Counted from the stretch's first letter, positions 1 to 10,188 are shown. The stretch: 57,013 nucleotides of DNA from a virus (IMGVR_UViG_3300037400_003188:1-57013); one strand, 5' to 3'. Program-made: numbers and translations. Notes: generated by a model from the sequence alone, not told the origin.

Positions 1-13
1 TATTGACATTTCT

Positions 14-47
14 TACCGAAGGCAACAAAAAGTCTTCGGTATTTTTT
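14..47 (+). terminator. Intrinsic terminator
   Basis: TACCGAAG...CTTCGGTA stem followed by a T run. Confidence 0.6.
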
Positions 48-704
48 GTTTATATAGGTCCTTTTTGAAAATATTGAAAATTTTTGGCCAAAATTTTTTT
101 GAGAGTAGGTACTACTTTTTGTAATGCGGGGGGGGGTCTAACAAAAAAATCAAAAAATTCCATGACGGATCACGCAGCAAACAGCCCGCCCCATATTGAT
201 ATAGGCGTAGCCAGGGAATACGTGGGGGAGATTACCGTAGGGGGGTGTCGGGTAGGTGGTACGTAGGTAGGCATAAGGTAGGGGGTTATGGGGGCTATCG
301 TAGGTAGTCCTACTTATCATACAAATCTATTCTTTGCCCATTTATTTGTGTTCTAAGCGCATTAAATTATTCAGCAGATACATTTACTATCTTTACAAAT
401 AAAATCGTTTAAAATCGAAATTATTTATATTAGTTTCATTATGGGTAATATATTATTAATAAACGAAGTTTATCAATGATATTTATATTACCTATAATGT
501 TTTGCTGATAAAATTGCGTTGCGTGTATGTATATGTCCTAAAATAAGAAAAATCTTCACATATAAAAATTTTGGGGCGATTTGCATTTTTTTCTCTAAAA
601 TTTTTATTATTGAAAAAATTATAGTACTTTTGCATCGTGTTTGATTGACAAGCACATTTGTTTTACCTAAAAAGTGTGGTCACACTATAAACGATTTTTG
701 CCTT

Positions 705-1280
705 ATGAACAAAACTATTCTTGCTGCAAGCGACATCATTAACTTTATGTCGAACATTAAGGGTTGCCGTCAAGGTGCAATTCACTACTTTTCTAAACTC
801 GCGTTCCCTAAAAAGAAATACGCGTATGCAGGTATCGTGGGCGAGGTAACCAAGTTCGTTGTTCGGCAGTGCCAATTCAATCGCGACTATGAAAATAGTG
901 TGAACAACCAATTAGTTCGCGAGGGCAAAGACGCAGCATTTGAGAGTGCTGGTCTAAAAGCGGGAGAGCGCTATATGCAAGGTCTTTACCGCAAGGTAAT
1001 CGAGAACACCATAACGGGGCAAAAGTATGTGGTGTGGTATCCTTATGAGGGTGCAAGTGTTAGCACGCAGTACTTTATTGACGGAGTTCCAGCGACTGCT
1101 GAACAAACTGCTATCATAGCAGAGTGGGAGAAAGCAAAGTACGCAAACGAAAAAATCGGCACGCAAGAAGCGGTCGGTGTTGAGAAAAAGGTGCTTTGGC
1201 GCTACACCAAGTTCGAGGGCATTACATACCTTGCGTGTGAGGGAGAGGTGCTAACTTGTGAAACCAAACCTGCCGCATAA
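705..1280 (+). CDS. Hypothetical phage protein (191 aa)
   Basis: Own promoter and terminator; ATG at 705 preferred over TTG at 645. Confidence 0.8.
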   Translation: MNKTILAASDIINFMSNIKGCRQGAIHYFSKLAFPKKKYAYAGIVGEVTKFVVRQCQFNRDYENSVNNQLVREGKDAAFESAGLKAGERYMQGLYRKVIENTITGQKYVVWYPYEGASVSTQYFIDGVPATAEQTAIIAEWEKAKYANEKIGTQEAVGVEKKVLWRYTKFEGITYLACEGEVLTCETKPAA

Positions 1281-1304
1281 CCAAGCGGTAGAGCACACCA
1301 AAGG

Positions 1305-1332
1305 ACAGACTGCAAAAGCGGTCTGTTTTTTT
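1305..1332 (+). terminator. Intrinsic terminator
   Basis: ACAGACTGC-AAAA-GCGGTCTGT then a T run. Confidence 0.8.
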
Positions 1333-1611
1333 GTACCTTTAACTTCACTATATGCCCTAAAATAAACTAATATTTGAATTATAAAAATTTTAGAGAGAAA
1401 TTATCAGTATAATTATGATATTTTTGCAAAATCTTTATTTTAAGAGGTTTTTATCTATTGGGTGGCACATTTATACTGTTTATGGATTTTCGTGTGTTAG
1501 AATTGAAATATGATGAAAAATTATTTTTATTCTCCAAAATTTTTATTATTGAGAATAATGTAGTATCTTTGCATTGTAATTAAAAAGATAACCTATAAAA
1601 CTTTTTAGAAT

Positions 1612-2007
1612 ATGAGCAACAAAGTACAAGAGTTTGCAGTAAAAAACGGAATTACAAACGTATTTCACTATGCAGCAGCAGAAGAAAAATGCGTGTTTGA
1701 GCGTCAGGCAGCAGAGTGTGGGTATGAGCGCAAAACTACTTTCTTCAGTGATTTAAGTATCGCAGAGTGGTATGGTGCAGATAGTGTACGCGACACATAC
1801 AAAAATGTTATGCGTTCGTGGGTAAAAGATGTTGTATATTTCACGGAATTTGTAATGTGTTTAAATTGGAAGATTTGGGAGCATAACGCACGCGGTAATG
1901 ACGAGTTGGCAAAAGTATATGATGAGTTGTGGCGCGAGGCTGATGAGTTGGCTTGCAACACATACAAAGGCGAAGACGCGGACTACTACTACAGCACGAC
2001 CGATTAA
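1612..2007 (+). CDS. Hypothetical protein
   Basis: ORF between promoter and terminator. Confidence 0.8.
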   Translation: MSNKVQEFAVKNGITNVFHYAAAEEKCVFERQAAECGYERKTTFFSDLSIAEWYGADSVRDTYKNVMRSWVKDVVYFTEFVMCLNWKIWEHNARGNDELAKVYDELWREADELACNTYKGEDADYYYSTTD

Positions 2008-2226
2008 GTGAGTAAATGTTATTTTGAATTCTTTCATAGTGGTAGCACTGGCTTGGGAAAGTCGGTGCTATTTTTTTGTGTTTCTCTATCAATATATGCT
2101 CTAAAATAGCAAAGTTTCTCGATAATAAAAATTTTTGGGAGTGATTTTGTTTTTATTCTCGAAAATTTTTATATATGGGAAAAATGTAGTACTTTTGCAT
2201 TGTAATTCAATAAAAAAATAGCAACT

Positions 2227-2631
2227 ATGGCAGTCAAAGTAAAACAAATCACAAACTACAAGGGTCGCTACTGCGCCGAACTTGAAAACGGGCTGTTCGT
2301 TTTAGAAAATGGGTCTATGGGTCTCCTGCTCTGCGAGAAAGTGGATGAGGGAATGAAAGTTATGGAAAGTAACATCTGCTGCGGAATGATGTCCAAGACG
2401 GAAGATGATTTTCGTTGGAACGTCGAGAACGCAAACTATATGACCGATATGTCTCCTTACGGAATGACGATTAAGGATGAGGATGATGACGAACAAGTCA
2501 AAATTTCCGTTACAATTACAAAAGGTCATATCGTGGAGGAACTGCGTAAACTTGCCGACGCGATAGAGGATAACGACTATGAAGAAATTCCTTATTATGA
2601 AACCTACCATTGTGCAGCAGAGTTTCACTAA
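2227..2631 (+). CDS. Hypothetical acidic protein
   Basis: ORF after promoter, ACAACTATG-type start context. Confidence 0.8.
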   Translation: MAVKVKQITNYKGRYCAELENGLFVLENGSMGLLLCEKVDEGMKVMESNICCGMMSKTEDDFRWNVENANYMTDMSPYGMTIKDEDDDEQVKISVTITKGHIVEELRKLADAIEDNDYEEIPYYETYHCAAEFH

Positions 2632-2647
2632 AAAAACTATTACTATT

Positions 2648-2872
2648 ATGGAAATCAAAGCAACTGACATTCGTGTTTGTGAGCAAGGTTTACTCACGCA
2701 CCAACCGATTACAATTTGTGAAAGCGGTGTTTTAATGAAATTCCAAAACGCAAAACCTCGTGACATAACTTTATATGTGGATGGCAATATGTGTATCATC
2801 AAAGAAAATGGTATTAAGACACACATTATAACCGCGCCTTTCAAAATTAAGATAGAGAAAGGTATCGAATAA
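2648..2872 (+). CDS. Hypothetical protein
   Basis: ATG at 2648 follows the previous stop; terminator downstream. Confidence 0.7.
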   Translation: MEIKATDIRVCEQGLLTHQPITICESGVLMKFQNAKPRDITLYVDGNMCIIKENGIKTHIITAPFKIKIEKGIE

Positions 2873-3089
2873 CGTTTATCTAAAAGCGAGATTGAAAGTG
2901 AGGGCAACTTGTTGTCCTCATTTTTTTATGCTTTAAAATTTTTATATGCAGCGGAAAAGTTTATTTTAGGGAATATAGTAAGACGATGAGTGATGATTTA
3001 TTTTTTATTCTCCAAAATTTTTATAATTCAAATAATTGTAGTACTTTTGCATTGTAATTAAAAGTTTAACAAATAAAACTATTAAGATT

Positions 3090-3512
3090 ATGGGTTACAC
3101 ACACTATTGGACATTTAAGAAGAAAGTAAAAGACATTACGAACGGCGAAAGTGGTTTCAAGTACGCCGTTGAGTTATTCAAACGCGGTTTGGAAATCGCC
3201 AGCGACAAACACAATCTCTACTATCCCGATTTGCTCGGTAACGGCGTGGGAGTGGATGAGCCGATTATTGAAGATGACAAACTTATCTTCAACGGTAAGC
3301 GACCCGATGACTATGAGACATTTGCAATCACGACCGAAAGCGAGGGTTTTGACTTTTGCAAGACTGCGAGGTGTCCGTATGATGTATTTGTCTGCCTTGC
3401 CCTGCTCTGCTTTGAGGATGTATTCGGAGACCAAATCGAGGTTAGCAGCGATGGCGATAGAAACAATGATGAGGGTTGGGTTGTTGCAAGGCAAATCTTC
3501 AACGAACTTTAA
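3090..3512 (+). CDS. Conserved phage hypothetical protein (MGYTHYW N-terminus)
   Basis: MGYTHYW start and C-terminal TARxPYD pattern recalled from an uncharacterised phage family. Confidence 0.8.
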   Translation: MGYTHYWTFKKKVKDITNGESGFKYAVELFKRGLEIASDKHNLYYPDLLGNGVGVDEPIIEDDKLIFNGKRPDDYETFAITTESEGFDFCKTARCPYDVFVCLALLCFEDVFGDQIEVSSDGDRNNDEGWVVARQIFNEL

Positions 3513-3696
3513 GAGTGAGGGCATTGCCCTCATTTTTTTTGTGCTTTGCAGGTAGTATATGGCCTAAAATACACGATTCCGTTAATTATAAAAATTTTAG
3601 GGGCGTAAAATTGGGGTACCATATTTTTATTCTCCAAAATTTTTATATTCCAAATAATTATAGTACTTTTGCATTGTAATTAAAAAACTAAACATT

Positions 3697-4074
3697 ATGG
3701 CAAGTGTAAAGAGTTACAAAGGACAACATTTTGAAAGCAGTTGTTGTCGCACCGAGCAATACGCAGAGTTTGAAAGAACCTGCAAGCGCGAACTCAAAAA
3801 GCAATGTGCAAAACTTGGTATCAACATACACAAGTTTTATCCAAACCACTTTGAGTGGTCGGCGGTATTGGAGAAAGGCGGCAAGTTCGTATATGTGTCC
3901 ATGAGTGATGTGCGCTATTGGGATTGGTACAACGATATTCTTATTCGCACAATGGCACACGCAGAAGATTGGCGAGGTGGCAGCAATAATAGTTGTTCGT
4001 TCGACAAGATTGGCGAAATGGCAAATAGATTATTAGGTTTTATTCCTTTGTCGGAATATTTGTCTAACGATTAA
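3697..4074 (+). CDS. Conserved hypothetical protein
   Basis: ORF after promoter; ILIRT...DWRGGSN motif. Confidence 0.8.
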   Translation: MASVKSYKGQHFESSCCRTEQYAEFERTCKRELKKQCAKLGINIHKFYPNHFEWSAVLEKGGKFVYVSMSDVRYWDWYNDILIRTMAHAEDWRGGSNNSCSFDKIGEMANRLLGFIPLSEYLSND

Positions 4075-4232
4075 AATACAAACATTATGTACGAAAGAGA
4101 ATACAATGAAAAAGATTTGAACGAAATCATAGACAAAGGTATGTATGATTGTTATTCGATGTGTGGTATTTGGTAAAAACTTTTTCTCTCCAAAATTTTT
4201 ATAAATGAAAAAATTGTTGTACCTTTGCAATG

Positions 4233-4761
4233 TCAAATTAAAAACGATAAGCATATGAAGAAGAGCTAGGTTTAGCATTAAGCACATGAGCCGTGCAACA
4301 TAAGGGATTGTCGCGGCATGAGTTTTAAAATTAGTTCTTTGGCTTGTTACGCATGAGATGGGCAAATAGATTACACCTCGCGGAGCCATTCAAAATTTAA
4401 GAATTCCAAATTTAAGCAGAATTATGAGGACAAATAAACCTCCGCCCGATTATTAAGGTGGCAACGGAATTAGGCAGTTATTAAATCGCATGAGAGGTTG
4501 GCGAATTATACTCCTTGCGGCTGCCGAGAGACTATAGAAGATTTTATATTAGAATTGTAACCGCCCAAAGGTAGGGCACAAAATAGTGCAAGTGTATGAA
4601 ACATAAGCGCATAAGAGCCGAGACGAAACATTAAGGCATAACAAATAACATTTAGATATAGGATTTAACATTAAAATAAAACGTAGCAAAATCGAGCCGT
4701 AATTCCGTAAGCGGTGAGCAAGTGCAGCGTTATGGGCACACTGACGAGTGTGCTCTTTTTT
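4233..4761 (+). ncRNA. Candidate large structured non-coding RNA (~520 nt), class unidentified
   Basis: Own promoter (TACCTTTG 4220-4227), terminator 4734-4761, no ORF of 60 aa or more, long-range helix 4464-4475/4696-4708, seven CATRAG repeats. Confidence 0.7.
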
Positions 4762-4906
4762 GGTCTATTTTGGTATTATATGCTCTAAAATAAGAAAATC
4801 CGTGAGATATAAAAATTTTAGAGTTGAAAAAAGATTTATCCCCCAAAATTTTTATATATGGAAGAAATGTAGTACTTTTGCATTGTGATTAAAAGAAAGG
4901 GACAAA

Positions 4907-5095
4907 ATGGAAGAGTTGGAATACAAAGGAGATAAAATCGTTAAGTATGGAGAAAACGATTATGTAGGTTTTTACCTTAATGCTGATGATGAGGTAAATA
5001 CTACCTATCATTGTAAGACATTAAAAGAAGCGCAAAAAGCGTTAGACAAGTATAATAAACTTGTGTCTATTATTAAAAATGAGAAAGGAGAATAA
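4907..5095 (+). CDS. Hypothetical protein
   Basis: ORF after promoter, AGAAAGGG upstream. Confidence 0.7.
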   Translation: MEELEYKGDKIVKYGENDYVGFYLNADDEVNTTYHCKTLKEAQKALDKYNKLVSIIKNEKGE

Positions 5096-5099
5096 CACT

Positions 5100-5495
5100 A
5101 TGAAACATTTAATTGAAAAGTTAATTCATCGTCTTTTGCGTAAGTGTCGCAAAAATCAGTTGCGTTATTTGTTTGCTCGTCTATTGGCGGAGATTGTTAA
5201 AGATAAAGAGAGTACAAATCACGTTCTTATATCAATCGCAAGTTACTTTATTAGGTATCACGGCGGAGAGAAATTTCAGTTCAATGACATTTTCGTAGTA
5301 GGTAACATTATCTATATCGACACATTGCGACCTGGCTATTGGATAGGCAAAGGTGGCTCGGAGGCAGATAGACTGCTTTTGGAGTGTAACTACAACACGG
5401 AAATGGAAAAAGTTGCCGATTATCAGTTGAGGTTCATTGAATTGTTAAATGACGCGCAGTCTGACATTGCAACGTATATTCACATAAATTCATAG
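5100..5495 (+). CDS. Putative type II KH-domain (uS3-like) RNA-binding protein
   Basis: IYIDTLRPGYWIGKGGSEADRL resembles the uS3 KH segment IHTARPGxVIGKKGxxIEKL with a GxxG loop. Confidence 0.55.
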   Translation: MKHLIEKLIHRLLRKCRKNQLRYLFARLLAEIVKDKESTNHVLISIASYFIRYHGGEKFQFNDIFVVGNIIYIDTLRPGYWIGKGGSEADRLLLECNYNTEMEKVADYQLRFIELLNDAQSDIATYIHINS

Positions 5496-5741
5496 CATAG
5501 TTATAAGGTTTTGGGTTATACAATTGTTGGTAGCATTGGCTTGTGAAAGTCGGTGCTATTTTTTTGTTCCAAAATTTTTATAATTGAAAGTTTTGTTTAT
5601 TTTAGGAGATATAGGAAGATGATTGCCCTCAAAACCGATAATTGTGTTTTTTATTCTCCAAAATTTTTATAAGTCAAATAATTGTTGTACTTTTGCAGTG
5701 TCAAACTTAAAAAACTAACCAAACAAAAGAAAGGAAACATT

Positions 5742-5846
5742 ATGGAAACTATTAAGAAAAACATTATTTCAATTGTCTTTGTAGGTACTATCATTATTTT
5801 TGTAACTCTTTGTATCACTCTCGCGAACTATTTCTTGTACGCATAA
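5742..5846 (+). CDS. Small membrane peptide (34 aa)
   Basis: After promoter and AGAAAGGA; one hydrophobic segment. Confidence 0.5.
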   Translation: METIKKNIISIVFVGTIIIFVTLCITLANYFLYA

Positions 5847-5866
5847 ATAAGATAGGAGAATAGGTT

Positions 5867-6028
5867 ATGAAAAAGAATAGTTTGAAAACACTTATAGAGT
5901 TTTTCGCTCTTTGTGGGGCAATAGCATTCTTTTGCGGACTTGCTGACCCGTGGGCATTCATTGCTTGTATGATATTCGGTTGTGCAGCCGCAGTAACTAA
6001 ATTGTTTTACAATATAGCAGAAGATTAA
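5867..6028 (+). CDS. Small membrane protein (53 aa)
   Basis: AGGAG upstream; two hydrophobic segments. Confidence 0.5.
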   Translation: MKKNSLKTLIEFFALCGAIAFFCGLADPWAFIACMIFGCAAAVTKLFYNIAED

Positions 6029-6032
6029 AGTT

Positions 6033-6227
6033 ATGGTAGATATAGAATTATTAAGTGTTGGCGACATTGTTAAGGTTGTCGATAGGAAGACGAGTAAGTT
6101 TGCATTCGGTCAAGTATCATTTAAGACAGATAACGGAGTTAGTGTCCGTCTTGGTTTTGACGAGAATTGCATTGTTACCTTATGTGATGATAGGTATTAC
6201 ATAGATTGTCTATTAGAAAAAGTATAA
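6033..6227 (+). CDS. Hypothetical protein
   Basis: Tightly packed ORF, terminator downstream. Confidence 0.65.
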   Translation: MVDIELLSVGDIVKVVDRKTSKFAFGQVSFKTDNGVSVRLGFDENCIVTLCDDRYYIDCLLEKV

Positions 6228-6443
6228 GGAAATAATAGGTTCATAGGGTTTAATGGGTTAATTGGATAGCATTGCGTTGGGAAACGCGGTGCTATTTTTT
6301 TTGTACCTTAAAATTTTTATATATGAAAAGTTTTCTTATTTTAGGACATATAGATATGGGTTATTTTTTTATTCCCAAAAATTTTTATAATTCAAATAAA
6401 AGCAGTACCTTTGTATCGTAATTCAAATAAACACTATAACATT

Positions 6444-7103
6444 ATGGAACAAATCAACAAACAAGAAATTCTCAATGCCGTAGCAAATTATTCACGCGCT
6501 GACATTAACTACGGAGAGTGTACAACAATGGGTGGCATTGTAAACGGACACCGCCAACATATTCACAAGTACTATTGGGTAGAAATTGGGGGCACACGCA
6601 TTCAAGACAATGGAGAGTTCAAAACAATGTTCTCATTCGTGCAAGCATTGCAAAAGCAGTTCGCTGCGATTGAAGAAGAATTGCGCAAAGAGAACGTGAT
6701 TTACGTTAAAGAGAAGAAAGACATTGTATGTGGCACCGACTACGTTTGGCATTGCGACAAATATGCAGAGTTGGAGTGTGTATTGGGACTTGTAAAAATA
6801 GTTCCGTGTGCAGAGTTCAAGGAGTTGCAAGAGTGGTTGAAAGAGAATGCAAACTTTGAGTTGGGTGTAACAGACTTGTACACTTGCGACATTTGCCAAA
6901 AGCGCAGTAGCAAATCGTATAGTAACTTTGAATACACCGCTACACATTTTAGTGTTTGCCAAAGATTGCTCAATGACTTAAAAGCGAAAGGTAAGGTTGT
7001 TGTGGAGATAAAGGAAGATGAAGAGATTGACAATGACCCCTATCGTTATGAGTATGAGCAGTATGGTTATAAGCGAGTGTACTTGTCAGCGACTGCTGCA
7101 TAG
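6444..7103 (+). CDS. Hypothetical protein
   Basis: ATG at 6444 after promoter; ends in TAG. Confidence 0.8.
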   Translation: MEQINKQEILNAVANYSRADINYGECTTMGGIVNGHRQHIHKYYWVEIGGTRIQDNGEFKTMFSFVQALQKQFAAIEEELRKENVIYVKEKKDIVCGTDYVWHCDKYAELECVLGLVKIVPCAEFKELQEWLKENANFELGVTDLYTCDICQKRSSKSYSNFEYTATHFSVCQRLLNDLKAKGKVVVEIKEDEEIDNDPYRYEYEQYGYKRVYLSATAA

Positions 7104-7204
7104 TATATATACTCAAATGAGTACCTATTTATTTCCCTAAAATTTTTATATGTGAAATAATTGTTGTACTTTTGTATCGTTAAACAATTAAAAACAATAA
7201 CACT

Positions 7205-7765
7205 ATGAACTATCAAGTAAAAACTATTGAGAATGGGCGCGGTATTTCGTTGCAATCGTATCAAAATCATTTGTCTTTGTATGAGAGTGATTTGAAAGAT
7301 TTAATCTTCTACAATGAAACGGAAGATACTTTCATCCGCAGAGTAGAGAGTTGGTTATGGGACATCGTTTGTGATGAGTATGACCGCGACAATTTCAAAT
7401 ACAATCAAAGCGACTTGGAGAAATCACTGCGAGTAGTATTCAAGAACTTGTATAAGGACTTTGAGCAGAGCGCAGAGTTTGAAACAAAGAAAGCAGAAAG
7501 ACTTGCCGAATTGGCAAAAGCAGACTTGGAGAAAAAAGTAAATCTTCGCACAATTACCGATTATGTTTGGAAAAAGCAAAACTTTGATAGAAAGTGTTAT
7601 GCTTGGAGTGCTTTCTCTTGCACAAAAGAATACAATGCCTATTGCAAAATGCAAGAATACATAAAAGAACACTTGGCAGAGTTTGCAGAGTTGGGCGAAA
7701 ACGAAAGAAACGAAAAAGGAAACGAGATATACTTGCAAAAGTTGAAAGAGATTAGGGGGTGGTAA
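7205..7765 (+). CDS. Hypothetical protein
   Basis: ORF between promoter and terminator. Confidence 0.8.
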   Translation: MNYQVKTIENGRGISLQSYQNHLSLYESDLKDLIFYNETEDTFIRRVESWLWDIVCDEYDRDNFKYNQSDLEKSLRVVFKNLYKDFEQSAEFETKKAERLAELAKADLEKKVNLRTITDYVWKKQNFDRKCYAWSAFSCTKEYNAYCKMQEYIKEHLAEFAELGENERNEKGNEIYLQKLKEIRGW

Positions 7766-7976
7766 GAATAGTATAGTGGCTATGGTAGCACTGGGTTGAA
7801 AAACTCGGTGCTATTTTTTTTTATACTTAAAATTTTTATAACTGAAAACTTTTTTTATTTTAGGGCATATGATCTTTTTTCAGTTACAAAAGATCTTTTT
7901 GTTTTTTATTTCCCTAAAATTTTTATGTTCTAAATAATTGTAGTACTTTTGCATTGTAATTAAAATAATAACAACT

Positions 7977-8231
7977 ATGGTATCCTATTACATTACAATT
8001 GCTTTTTATAGCGAGCCGAATTATCGAGGAAATTGCAGTATTTATTACCTCAAAGGTATAAAAGGTAACAAAATCTCTTATGGCGGCACAATGTACAAGA
8101 AATTGTATCTACAAAAAAGTGCGGCATTAAAAGCCGCTAAAAAAATAAAAAATGCTTTTACCACCGCAAAAGTTGAGGTAAATGAAATCATTCCGATAAA
8201 CGGAGTATTTAATACAATTGTAATTCAATAA
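7977..8231 (+). CDS. Hypothetical basic protein, paralog of 11382..11603
   Basis: Shared FYSEPN..GN...GNKISYGG. Confidence 0.75.
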   Translation: MVSYYITIAFYSEPNYRGNCSIYYLKGIKGNKISYGGTMYKKLYLQKSAALKAAKKIKNAFTTAKVEVNEIIPINGVFNTIVIQ

Positions 8232-8533
8232 AAAAAGGAGAATAAGAAGAAACTGCAAGCGCGAATTAACGAACTCAAAGGAGAGGGATACGTTGAGCGC
8301 AGAGGTTTAATAGTTGTTCATAGGTTTAGGTTTAAGGGTTGGTAGCACATAGTCGTGAGGATTAGGTGCTACTTTTTTTATTTTTTTTTTGCTTTGCGGG
8401 TACTATATGCCCTAAAATAAACTAATTCTTGGAACATAAAAATTTTAGAGTCAAAAAAAATTATTCCCAAAAATTTTTATATATCAAATAATTATAGTAC
8501 TTTTGCATTGTGAAACTTAAAAACAAGACAACT

Positions 8534-8806
8534 ATGATACTTTCAAAGAAAGACAAAGAGCAACTGCTTGATTGGGGCTACAAGCCCGAAGATATACCTG
8601 TGATTGAGGACGCAATCAACAATGGTATGGAGTTTATTACCTTATTTCCAAATGGCGAAAACCGAAATCATATAACGGCAGAGGGCGCAAAACGACTGCT
8701 TGGCACGAAAGAGTTTTTAAGCGGTGTAAGCCGTTCAACTTTCCACTCATCTGCTATTCGTGAGAACAACAAAAAGCAAGTGTATTTTTACTATAAATGG
8801 TGGTAA
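8534..8806 (+). CDS. Hypothetical protein
   Basis: ACAACTATG start after promoter. Confidence 0.75.
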   Translation: MILSKKDKEQLLDWGYKPEDIPVIEDAINNGMEFITLFPNGENRNHITAEGAKRLLGTKEFLSGVSRSTFHSSAIRENNKKQVYFYYKWW

Positions 8807-8807
8807 A

Positions 8808-8969
8808 ATGAAAAATAAAAACAATGACATATTAGAAGCATTAAAGGCAGCAAGAAAGCAGAGTAGAGAAATGGAGATTGCTCTCTATGGCAAACCTATA
8901 TGCCATGCCAATGTGTATAAGAATAAAAAGAAATACACAAGAAAAAATAAACATAAAAATAACTATTAA
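8808..8969 (+). CDS. Small basic protein (KAARKxSRE...KKKYTRK type)
   Basis: Starts 1 nt after the previous stop; pattern recalled from small Bacteroidales proteins. Confidence 0.65.
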   Translation: MKNKNNDILEALKAARKQSREMEIALYGKPICHANVYKNKKKYTRKNKHKNNY

Positions 8970-8984
8970 AATAAAGGAACAACT

Positions 8985-9197
8985 ATGGCAGCAAAAGTAG
9001 TAAAAACGAGTGGTATTAACGCACCGATTGGTTTAAATCGCTTCAAAATTACGGAAGAAGATTGCGGTGATAAAAAGGAATATCTTATAGAGTGTTCCAG
9101 AAATGGCATATCTTGGTCTGGTATCGGAGAATTAAGTCTTTGCGACCTTGCGGAATTATCATATATTCTACGCGAGGTTGTAGGTGGGGCAAAGTAG
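8985..9197 (+). CDS. Hypothetical protein
   Basis: AAAGGA plus ACAACTATG start. Confidence 0.7.
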   Translation: MAAKVVKTSGINAPIGLNRFKITEEDCGDKKEYLIECSRNGISWSGIGELSLCDLAELSYILREVVGGAK

Positions 9198-9217
9198 CAA
9201 AAGAAAGGAGAAATAAT

Positions 9218-9532
9218 ATGAATATGTTAGAATTATTACCAAAGTGCATTGACTATAAGGGAGATAGTTTTTTCCTCCAAGTATGTGTAACCGTGTGTGG
9301 CAGACTTGCGGTATGTTACAAACAACTTGCTGGAGATAAGAAAATCTTATCTTATGTAGTTGAGAAAGAAAAGGAAAAGTACATTCCAAATATCATTGAG
9401 GAAACCGAAACAAGCGGCTTAAATGAGCACATTGGCAATTGCAAAACTCTTGATGAGTGTATCACGGCAATGATATACAAAATCAACGAGATGACTTTGA
9501 GTGGAGAGATGAGGGCAAGTTACGGCGGTTAA
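9218..9532 (+). CDS. Hypothetical protein
   Basis: AGAAAGGAG 7 nt upstream of ATG 9218. Confidence 0.7.
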   Translation: MNMLELLPKCIDYKGDSFFLQVCVTVCGRLAVCYKQLAGDKKILSYVVEKEKEKYIPNIIEETETSGLNEHIGNCKTLDECITAMIYKINEMTLSGEMRASYGG

Positions 9533-9731
9533 GTTTTCATAGTGTTTAGTGGGTGCTGGTTGCAGAAATGCAGCCAGCATTTTTTATGCTCTAAAATTTT
9601 TATAGCCGAAGTTTTTTCTTATTTTAGGACATATAGTTCCAGAAATGTGATTTGTATTTTTTATTCCCCAAAATTTTTATATGTTAAAGAAATGTAGTAC
9701 TTTTGTATCGTAATTAAAAAACTACACAACT

Positions 9732-10010
9732 ATGGCAAATAAAATTTATCTTTGGAGTGCGCACGAAAAAAATAATTGTCTAAAACATTCTTATTGTTAT
9801 GCGCGCAAGGAGTACACAACCGAGCAGGTTGCAAGCATACTGAAAGAAAGTGATAAATTCAAAGATTGCACAGAACCGATTGTGGTTCGTCCAATTGCTG
9901 AACACGAAATTGCAGGTGTATGCGCCTATCAGCGTGTAATAAACTTGCAGCCGAGCGAAGACGAAATGTGGCTTGTGCGTAAATTGATTAACAAAAGTAA
10001 AAATTTATAA
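9732..10010 (+). CDS. Hypothetical protein
   Basis: ORF after promoter. Confidence 0.7.
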   Translation: MANKIYLWSAHEKNNCLKHSYCYARKEYTTEQVASILKESDKFKDCTEPIVVRPIAEHEIAGVCAYQRVINLQPSEDEMWLVRKLINKSKNL

Positions 10011-10014
10011 AAAT

Positions 10015-10188
10015 ATGACACGAATTATTGAAACCTCTTATGGCGAGGTAAAAGTAGAAACTACCAACGAAAAGGGTTATTTAGATTGCTACATTGGCGA
10101 CAACTATGATGACTATGTAGGCACTATCGAGGGCACTATCGGTATGAGTGAGGTAACTCTTTGCAAACGAGTAGAAAACATTTTATAA
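10015..10188 (+). CDS. Small acidic protein (57 aa)
   Basis: Fills the gap between packed genes. Confidence 0.55.
   Translation: MTRIIETSYGEVKVETTNEKGYLDCYIGDNYDDYVGTIEGTIGMSEVTLCKRVENIL

Noticed and set aside
84-266. 60-aa ORF over the G-rich patch
   Set aside because: TTG start, no promoter or start context, low-complexity origin.
4525-4665. Group I intron reading of the large ncRNA (GAGAGACTATA and AGATATAGG resemble the R and S elements)
   Set aside because: P7 needs GACUA/UAGUC but the partner reads UAGGA, and there are no flanking exons.
4233-4761. tmRNA or RNase P identity for the large ncRNA
   Set aside because: No GGGG...CCA acceptor-like ends, and no GAGGAAAGUCC P4 motif.
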